Under the pieces are notes generated by a model. The model did not search any database, was not told the DNA's origin, and saw only the letters and a program-made list of their open reading frames with translations. From Podarcis gaigeae (Eukaryota), in NCBI GenBank assembly GCA_964106915.2, contig OZ066915.1: a DNA stretch of 64,000 nt. The stretch is one strand, 5' to 3'. Below are positions 1 through 64,000 of this stretch, piece after piece (position 1 is the first letter of the stretch; each line of letters starts with the position of its first letter). The position numbers were made by a program, and so were the translations under genes.

Positions 1-2796
1 CACTTGCCTCCAGAAATAAATTGGACTTATGCAAAAAGTCTTGTTGATTTTTTAATTATAATTTTTTTTAGGAAAGTGATGAGGCAATGCACAGAAAAGT
101 GTGGGCTAGCAGTTGGTTGATTCAATGTCAAATAACCTTCCTGCAAGCAAACAGGGATGAAAATTCAATGAACAGGTTTGCGTGTGACCAGCATTTATAA
201 AGCAGGGACAGGGAACACTTTGCCCTGCAGCTGATGTTGATCTCTAACTCCTATCATTCCTTCTTTGAGGGATCTAAGCAACAAATTTTGGAAAAGGTTG
301 AAGAAAACTTGCTTGCATCCCACACTCATACTTAACACCACATTTCCGCTTTCTTATTCTCTGAAAGGTATAGATTGTTGTACAAAGGGTTTCCTGTCAT
401 TTTACTGCTACTTACAAAGCCTGACCACGGACCCTTTCAAATGGTGATCACTCTGATTTATGACTCTGGCACATTCCCTGTTGTGTTATGACCAGTGGGT
501 AGGACTTTCTTTTATCTTTGAACTTGGTTCCACACTTGCACTTGGTCTGCTGAAGGAACTACTGTAAATTTCTAAAGCTGTGTAATGCTGGCTCTAAGCT
601 TTCTTTGTCCTAAAGTTTTGATAGAAGAGGAACATTGAAAATAGGTTTTCATAAAATTCAGTCTCATCCCAGCACACTCTTCCTCAGTGCTTATCGCAGC
701 TTGTCGCTAACTGACACCTGAAGCCCTAGTTTTAAAATTATTACTTAAATTTCCTACGTCCACACATGCTCTCAGTGCTCAAACTCAGGCAAATTTTGCC
801 ATGTGAATGCACAATCAGGGAGCAACGTGTTGCAAAACCTTGGGAGTGATTGTTGCCAACTAAAGAGTTGCCACTTTGATAGCAAGTACATCACCTTACA
901 CCTTGTGGTATCATTATAACAAGCTTGTGGGCTTTTATTTAGTGAATAATCTTATGTGCATTAAGTAATCCAAGGACATAAGAATAATCGGCAGAGGACT
1001 TTAAAAGGTCCCTAACCTCCCCCCACCCTGCATTTGGAGACTGAGTGAGCAAGCGAGTAAATCAGACAGACCACATGGAGTCAACTCTGCCTGCGACCCG
1101 GCAGTGGGCTGCCACATCACACAGGACCGGATAGGTGGGTGGGGGTGGGGAGAGCAGCATTCTTCCCATTCAGCAGTTTAAAACATAAGCTTGTGGCTGA
1201 AGAAAAGCTAATAATCCACTCCAAGCAAAACAGTATCTCAGCTGTCTATAGCCGCCACAGGTGTTTTGTGTTATAAAGAAACAAGGCTGGATGTCTGGAG
1301 GTTTCCAGGCTTTTGGTCACAGATTGTTTGGTTGTCCTTGATGACACAGTCTTGCAGCTCTGAAGCTGGAATGGAGGATTTGAAATTATGTTAAGGGAAA
1401 AGAAACAACTAAATGAACTGCTGGCAAGAGCGGATTTTGCTTTTCCCTTGGTTACTAGGTCAGATGTTAGTAGACTAGAAAACGCCTCTTGAGTCAAAAT
1501 TATTTCTTAGCTTCTTGTGGAAATGTAGGGGCATTTTGTTTTGCTGCAAAGGGATTGAAATGTTCTCCAGTTTTTAAGATCCCTGATCTTATTCTTCAGC
1601 ATATATAAACCTGGGTTGTCTTATCACTATGATTTTATGTCTGTTGCTTGTTGTTAACGGTTACCTGTTTCATGTGATGGGCATGTGGTCATGGTCTACA
1701 TAGGCAAAGAGTCAGTGCAACCCATCACCAAGTATGTGATTGTTTCTGCATTGGAATTCCTGAGTGCTGATGAATCAAAATGGCCGAAGTCCATTCCTCA
1801 GCCTGTTCCCTTGTAAGGACCAAATGTCAGGACCACCAATTTAGAAAGCCAGCTCTGTGCTGCTACATGTTGATGGTCTGTCATTCACAGCAGCCAATGT
1901 CTATTATCCATCTTCTGTTGCAAGGAGCACAGTTCAGAAAGAAGGAAAATTGTCATATATGGTGAAAAGCTTGGTGGTGGTTATGTAATCATTCCAGTCC
2001 CAAAATCATTGTCGCCCCTTCAGTTCAAGAGATATGTTAATGTCTCTCCTTTCTGCCCTACGCAAAGGAGCAGTGTGGTGATGAGTGATAGTGCATCACT
2101 TACCCGATGTCTGCTGTAAATGTTAATGGCCTTCCCATACAGGAAGTGTGTTAGTCATTTACATCCTTTCTCCATAAAATGGCCCAGCACAATTTTAATG
2201 TGAGCAGATGATAATGTTGCATAATCCTTTAATTCTACAGGAAAATTGAGCAACAGGGGCTTGCTACAAGCATCAAAACCCGTGCAGTAACTACAGCTAG
2301 CAGGGAGAGTATATTGCCTTTAGAAAGTGGCATGTTTAATGTCTAGGTGGTGGCTTCTTTAATCAGAAAAGCAAGCAAACAAATACTTTGCATGTCTGTT
2401 TCAAATATATTCCTGTGGAGAATGCACTAGAGCCCTTCTACTTTTGTTATGCTACCAGTGTCTTTGTTTGGAGCCCTATGGTGTCTTCTACATAAAATTG
2501 AATGTCTCATCCAGCATTTCATGCATGCTGTTTTGCAGTGCTTCAGAATAATCCAGGCATGGCCAGTGTAACCTGTTGGATGCATCAGTTTACATGGCAC
2601 GTTGTACTGCCATCTTGAGGGCAGGAGGAAAAGTATGATTCTGTTTTTTTGACTTTTGCCCTCAAGATGGCAGCTGTAATTTAAGGCTATGAGATGCTGG
2701 CTTATTCCCTGCATGTTCCTTCTGAAGCGAAGACGAATGAGTGAGAGAATCTGGCTCATTTTCTGAGGTGCTGTTGGATAGGTGGCTTTTGACTAG

Positions 2797-3129
2797 TAAA
2801 GGTAAACCCCTGACCATTAGGTCCAGTCGCGGACGACTCTGGGGTTGCGGCGCTCATCTCGCTCTATAGGCCGAGGGCGCTGGCATTTGTCCACAGACAG
2901 CTTCCGGGTCATGTGGCCAGCATGACTAAGCCACTTCTGGTGAACCAGAGCAGTGCACGGAAATGCCGTTTACCTTCCCGCCAGAGTGGTACCTATTTAT
3001 CTACTTGCACTTGACGTGCTTTCAAACTTCTAGGTGGGCAGGAGCTGGGACCGAACAACGGGAGCTCACCCCGTCATGGGGATTCGAACCGCTGACCTTC
3101 TGATTGGCAAGCCGATCAGAAAAGCCCTA
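2797..3129 (-). mobile_element. Sauria SINE, 5'-truncated
   Basis: Reverse-complement similarity to the 23251 copy (gtacctatttatctacttgcac core, B-box ttcgaacc, aaaggt tail); 13-bp TSD ggcttttgactag at 2784 and 3130. Confidence 0.85.
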
Positions 3130-4899
3130 GGCTTTTGACTAGCATGGTAGTTTAAAAACAGGCAAAGCTTCTCCCTCTGCTGGAAACCCAACTTCAGTCT
3201 TCTAGATTCATCCCAAGGCAACTTTAATGAGAACAGGGAGCTGAAGGGGCAGAGGCAGAAGGAGCTGACCTGCCTGGGTTGTTTACCAAGTGTAAAGAGT
3301 TGGGAAAGAGGGTTTCTTTCTTTAGGAAGGGGAAGCAGAGGAATACCAGATGTAGGAATGGCTTTAAGGGGAATTGATTTGGTGGAATTTGCTTTTTGTA
3401 AAGTGTGCATACTGTTGTAACAGTGAATGGGAGGGTCAGCAAATATTTGGAGTTGGGGTTCATATCCTTTCTCTGCTCTGTATTAATTGTACCCATTGAC
3501 ATTGCTTGTCTCCATTCTGTTTGCATCTCCATTTCATGCTTTCAAATTGTTACACATTTTTAGTCTGGTTTGTTTTGATCTGTGTTGGCCTGATACCATT
3601 GCCAAAAGGTATTAATTGTGGAATTGTTGAATGTGTTTACACCTTAGATGAATATGTGTGTGGGGGGGTGTTTTTGGGGAGATTTTGCAAATAGGGGCTC
3701 TTCCCCCTGACCTGGCAAGGGTGGACTTGTGGCACTGCCACTTTCTGGTGACAGCAGTTCCCTCAGTGTCCAGCCAGTGATTCATATTTTATCATTGACA
3801 GAGGCAAGCATCTGTTAAGTCACCAGTCTGGGTAATTTCCAGGAAGGGAATGATATTAATGAGGTAATCACTGCTTGCTTCAGTGTACTGTGGATGAAAG
3901 AAAGCTACAGTTCTGCAATGAATTAAAGTTTTTGGATTAACCCGTTGAAGGATTTGTTTACCGCCCCAGCACTGGAGGAAGGAAAGGAGCTTGACCAGAT
4001 TTGTATGATAGTCCCAAACAACTGAGCGATGGCTCTTGTGCAAGGATAGTAAAAATGGTGCCCCCCCCAAGATACTGCTGGGCCACAACTGGAACATCTC
4101 TGACCATTGCCCATAGTGGCTGGGACTGATGGCCATTGGAATCCAGCTTCTTGGCTACCTGTTTTTTTTAATCATTTTATTATAAATATCAATACATTAC
4201 AAAACAATATATACTTAATATTACATTACATATATTACATACAAAACATACCTATGTTCTACTGTTCACCATATTTTTGACACACATATGCGAATATGCA
4301 TTGTACACGAAGTGGTGCTATGCTGAAAATTGCGGGGACTTAAAGAACAATGATGATGCACTTCTCGTGGACTCCCTGCCCTGGGAGGTTGATCTAGTAT
4401 CTTCCCCAATGAACTCTAGAAAGCAAGTACTGATCGTTGTTTCATTGATTTGGCAGAAATTGGAAACTTTCTTAATTTGAGGCGTGTCCCCCCCCCCCCC
4501 AGTTCTTGCCTTTCCTGTGATGCAGCATGATTTTATTGAAGTTCTGTTGTTTTTGTGAAATGCTTAGAAACCTATCCTGTGGAGCAATATGAATACATAG
4601 GCAGCTGACATTTCAGTAATGAGGCTTTTGAACAGAGACCCTGAAAATTTGGCATCTGTCAAACATAGACCCTGCCAAGTATGTCAAGTAATATTGGAGG
4701 GCAGGGTCTGAGATGAGAGGAGTCTTGTCTTGGTCAGAGTTCTTTGGATGTGTCTGGCTGTCCCCCAAAGGTTCAAAGTGAACTCCTGACAAGCCGTATT
4801 CTTATTATGTTTGTTTAGTGTTCTGCTTCTACTCCTCTCAGAACATGATGTATTGACTGTTTGCTTGATGATTCACTGTGGTGCCATCTCATAACAGTT

Positions 4900-5075
4900 T
4901 GGAAATAAACTTGCTTAATAATTGAATCTGATCACCAGTCCATCTAGCGAAGTGTGGTCCACTGACACAGACGCTCCAGCATTTCTGCCTCCCCCAGTCC
5001 TGCTATGCAGAAATACTGGGGGACTGAGCCTGGGACCTTTTGCACACAGAACATGCACTTTGCCATTGAGCCATG
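4900..5075 (-). mobile_element. Degraded tRNA-derived SINE (Squam2-like)
   Basis: gggactgagcctgggaccttttgcac...gccattgagccatg resembles a reverse tRNA-like head; boundaries approximate. Confidence 0.4.
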
Positions 5076-5901
5076 CCCACCCCCACCCCACCCTCATGTT
5101 GAAAACTTGAATCTCCTGGGATGTATAACTCCTCTGAAAAGTCTTGAAGGATTTGATTCCGTTGGCATGAGCATCAGAAGGTGCAAATAAGAATCTTGCA
5201 AATTTGAATTCATTGTTGTGTGAGATCAGGGGTTGTGAAATTTTGGGTAATCTTGGAGGCCAGCCAGAAATGTGTTGTCTCCAGGACATGTCCTCAGCGC
5301 AGTGGGTGGGGTCTCAAACCTTGTGTCATACCCATTAAACACTTGCCTCTTGAAGTCAAGAGACAAGCTGAAGCATTGCTGAAACAGTCAGAAGTAGAGG
5401 CATGCCCACCTTGCTGTGTCTCTGCCCCCTCTTGAGCAGCCTGAACCCCACGGCTGCCACCCAGCAGGCATGACAAATAGTTATTTGCCTTCTTTCTTCA
5501 CCTTGGAGCTGAAGAGGACAGGTGAAGGTTTGTTTTGATGCTCTTCTGGCACCCACCAAGTGCAGAGCTTAAACAAATAACAGGTTTCTGGTCATCTTTA
5601 AAGCAGGGGTAGGAGAACTATCCCTCCCACTCTCTAGTGTTACTGTGATGAGGAAGCCTTGGGCTAGTCTTACTCTCTAGAGGCCACCTAACTAGTCATT
5701 ATGGCTACTCAAGGGAGCCTGTTTGTTGAACCCTTTGTGAAATCAAAGAAAAGTAACCCACATTACTGACATCATGGGGGAGCTTGTGATCAACTCCAAA
5801 ACTTTTCCAAAACAGAACATTATTCTGCCCTCTTGTGGAATCTCCCCCCTTCCCAATCTCATGCTTGGCTTTCTTCCTTGGCTGTCATTGTCAAATAATG
5901 A

Positions 5902-60278
<54,377 letters not shown>

Positions 60279-62084
60279 GCCCCTCCATTTGTCTTCAGAT
60301 TAAGCAGCAGCTCAACATTCCCCATTTTAGTATCAAAATATTTAATTAGTTTATTTATAGTTTTTCATAAGGCTGGCTCTATTATTATTTTTTTAAGTAT
60401 CTGGGATACCATACATTCCAACTTGTGTCATTTCCAAGAAAGAATAGCAAGGGAAACAGGCCTTCCTATTAGTGTAGCTTTGCTACTGTTGCTACTCTTG
60501 GCAGCTCATTCCCTAAATACTTTTTAATAGGTTAATTCACAGAGACACACACAATTAATCCCTTCCCCACCCTCCATGTGGTTTAGGTCCACCTGCCCCT
60601 CACAGGGCTGGCTGATTAAAAAAAGTGTTCTTTAAAATTGTCTCTCAAGTTCTGGAACACACAGTAGCAAACAAAAGGCCCGCACACACGTTAGAATGTA
60701 AAAACCTGGGTGATGATTTGTTTTCAGCTTGGTGAGGAAATGGAAGTGAGTCCCACTAACCAATGAATGGAAATGAGAAATTGAAAAGCCACTGTTTGTG
60801 CTGAGTTCCCTTGTTAAATACCACGTGCCACATTTTGCTGTTATTCAGAGGCTAATATGCCTCTGAATAAGTAATTTGATGTTCTAGGATATGCCTAGGT
60901 GGAAAGGCCTGTCCAAGTAGCTGCTAAGAGATTCTTTCTAGCCTTGTATAAGTATCTTTTGCCCCATATTTGAGCAATCCTTCTGCCACTGTAGGTCCCA
61001 CATTAATGCCTTTTTTGATGTCTGTTGTGCTGACCTCTTTGTATAGGCTCCCCTCCCAGTATTATAGTCTCCTTTTAGTAAATAAAGCAGATATTATATT
61101 AGGTTATCCATACTGTTCCGCTGTAATGTTTCAAATAACTCCCAAGACCTCCTGGCAGGAGGATTGCTAGCAGAACAAAGTGCTGCCTCTTCAGGGACAG
61201 ATTGCACAGCTGCATTCACGCCTGTACGCAAGTAGATCTCTAGTGCTGTACTATCATGATTCCTCAGGTCTGGTAGATGACAGCTGCCAGGATGGTAGCC
61301 CTCCAGTAGGTGCTAATAATTTATACTGCAAGGCTTCCCAACCTGGAAGTAGCATCTAGATTTCACAAGGGACGGGGGTTTTGCTGTACCCCTCCCCACT
61401 TTATCTATTCCTTACCCATTTCTATTCCTTACCCTTTCCAAAAAGCATGTTTCTCACCCATGTGTTGATTTGTAGGGTGGAGAGGGGAGAATGTGGATGT
61501 TATGCAGCGAGGCTAAAACAATAGTTCTTGGGGCTGTTCTAAGGCATGTGTCTGATTCTGGCCTCTTTAACTATGGACCATGGCAATTTTCTGTGATGCC
61601 ATAGAAATGGCTCTCATGAGAGGAGGGCTGGGTTCAGAGCACAATGTGCTTAATACAACATATGTATATTTTGGAGCAGTGGTCATGAGGCATCAGAGAA
61701 AGAAATATCAAATGTGCATTTAGAAATATATATGTCTTCACATACGTTGCCCCCCTTTCATTTAATACATGTGTATGTGTATTCATCTCCAGGGTGTGAA
61801 AAAGCCAAGTGAGCAATGCCTCCTGCTCTCAATCTTACCATTGCTGCAATGGATCAGTGGTTTTATTTTCAGAAATATAAACCTGGATAGACTCACTGCT
61901 GATCTAACAGTAAAAAAACAAAAAAACATGTTTGCATTGACCAAGAGAGGGTCAATGATTTCCCATGTGTGTATTATTGGTGTGAGTCTGCCTAGTTCGG
62001 TCTCCTATGGGCTGAACATCACTTACCTGCTTTAATCAGGTAGTATACAGATTTAATTTAAGCCAACCTTCCACAATCTAGTGC

Positions 62085-62205
62085 CTTCCAGATGTTGAAC
62101 CACAATCCCCATCACATGAGCCCCAGCCAGTAGGGCTAATAGTTGGGAGTGGTGAGAACATGCAACTCGACACCTGGAGGATACCAGTTCAAGGAAGGCT
62201 GGCTT
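62085..62205. mobile_element. Degraded palindromic hAT MITE
   Basis: ttccagatgttgaaccacaatccc ... cacctggaggataccag...gaaggctg. Confidence 0.5.
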
Positions 62206-62479
62206 AAGTTAAATCTGCATACTGTCATAAATCTTCCTATATAATGGTTATTTTTTTAAAAAATGGAGGATTTAGGAGTCCATCTCCTAACTTTGCTTTC
62301 TGAAAATCAGCACTTGAAGTTCACATCATGTCATTTTCCCTAAAGACATGTTGCTTTGGTCCCAGCTTAGATACAGGTACTGTCCTTTTAGTGCTGTAGT
62401 GTTTCTTCTGTCCATCCCTTAGATCAGCGGTAGCCAACATGGTACCCTAAATGTTGTTGGGCTACAACTCCCATCACCA

Positions 62480-63490
62480 GCTTCAAGCATCCTTTGAGGA
62501 TGCAGATTATCTAGATCCATTCTAGTCTGGATTCTGGCTTGGTTTGGAGACAGATCAGCCTTGGTTGCCCTGATAAATTACTATTGTCTAGAGAAGGATA
62601 GGGGGCGTGTGACTATGTTACTCTTTCTTGATCTCTGTGACTCTGGATACCATCCACTATGGTGTTCTTGGACTGGCTCTTAGAGATGGAACCTGGGGGC
62701 ATGTTCTTCAGTGGTCTGTTCCTACCGTCAGAGCCTGTTTCAGAGACTAGCACTGGAAGATTGCCTGTTGGCTTCCCGGCAGTTATGTTACGAGGTCCCA
62801 TCTTGTCCCCAGTTCTGTTTAATGCCTATATGAAGCCTTTGGGTGAGGCCATTAGAATATTTGGAGCTAACTGCCATTGATAAACCGATGTCACCCAACT
62901 CTTTCTCTTTGGCATTTGAATCAGGTATGGTGCGCAAGCCCAGAGCCAGTGTCTGGACTCAGTGGTGGGTTGATAAACTGGAGCTGAATCCTGGTAAGAC
63001 TCAGGGCGCTGTGTGTGTGTGTGCACCTACTGTCCAGGATAGAGGTCAGTTACCTGCTGTGGGTGGGGTTGCACTTCCTCTGAAGGGACAGGTATGTAGT
63101 CTGAGAGTGCTGCTTGATCCATTGTTGTCACTGGGGGCTCCAGTACCTTGGAATGCTTGGTAGTTTTGGCTGGTGTGGCAGCTATGGCTGTTTCCGGACA
63201 GGGATAGCTTAGCTCCAGTGGCCCATGCAGTGGTCCCCTTGCAATGGAATTGCTGCAGTGTGCTCTGTGTAGAGCTTGTGTTTGGTTGGGAAGCAGCAAC
63301 GAATGCAGAATGTGGGGTCACAGCTTATGGCCAGGTTACCTTCTGGAGAGAACTGCACCGGATGGCAAAATGCTTTACAGGACCAAATTTAAGATTTTAC
63401 TGTTAAGAGTTTAAAGCCCTAAACAACTTGGTACCAGGGTATCTGAGACATCACCTTATCCTCTATGTACCTGTATGTTCACTGCAGTAT
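62480..63490 (+). mobile_element. L2-clade LINE RT/3' fragment
   Basis: Translations GPILSPVLFNAYMKPLGEAIRIFG and KLELNPGKT...GVALPLKGQVCSLRVLLDP match L2 RT motifs; frameshifted. Confidence 0.85.
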
Positions 63491-64000
63491 TTTATTTTTT
63501 TAAACTGTATTTTTACTTTTGTTGTTGTTGTTTTGTTGTTGTTGTTGTTGTATACTGTTATGGTATTTTGTAACATTTAGCAGTTATCAATATTCCAAAA
63601 TTAATTAATAAATCGGCTAAACCAATTATTAGGGTTGATGGGAGTTGTAGTCTGACAACGTCTGGAAGATACCACGTTTGTTATCTCTATATTAGATAGG
63701 TCTCACTCATCTTTGCATGGCCAGTAAGCAAGGTATCCTTTGTTCCATATGGGAGATGAAATTTGATTATTCACTTTTTGTGCTTGCATCTCCCAGCTCT
63801 GAACCTATGATAACTGCTCTAGTGATGTCATTAGATAGGTAAAGAATTTGCTTTTCCCCTCTTCTCTGTTTGATTATATGTGTGTGGTAGTAAACACTAC
63901 AACATGATGCCAAAATAGATTGCTTTATACCCAAAAAAATTACTAAGAAGAGAAGCAACTTGACTCATTCCCCCACCCACCCCAGTCTCAGTTCCAAGGG

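Larger units (their letters stand above)
60279..63612 (+). other. SH3PXD2B: Probable 3' UTR of SH3PXD2B (3' end uncertain)
   Basis: Follows the stop codon; AU-rich tract near 60340-60395; AATAAA at 61081 and 63607 are possible poly(A) signals. Confidence 0.45.

Overview
Eukaryotic (vertebrate) genomic DNA. The Sauria-type SINEs and squamate MITEs point to a lizard, probably a lacertid (inference). The window covers most of one + strand gene, SH3PXD2B (Tks4: PX domain plus 4 SH3 domains, a podosome/invadopodia adaptor). I traced 11 constitutive coding exons by hand (human-numbered exons 3-13; 76, 77, 92, 26, 135, 105, 118, 227, 50, 126 and 1539 nt). All have GT-AG boundaries and consistent phases, and they splice to 856 aa ending ...[11 protein letters not shown] at 60278. 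Exons 1-2 lie upstream of the window. The introns carry hAT and Tc1/mariner MITEs, Sauria and Squam-type SINEs, CR1 and L2 LINE fragments and microsatellites. Most notable: (i) a Penelope-like insertion at 14163-14552 with three minimal hammerhead-ribozyme motifs and a 75-bp spacerless palindrome; (ii) frame-preserving cassette exons that the ORF track does not resolve (84 nt with an RBFOX cluster, and a 36-nt microexon), each adding a kinase motif to an interdomain linker; (iii) more speculative cryptic exons in introns 6 and 9. Almost all other ORFs in the track are noise. Comparisons with human Tks4/Tks5 and repeat families are from memory, not from searches.
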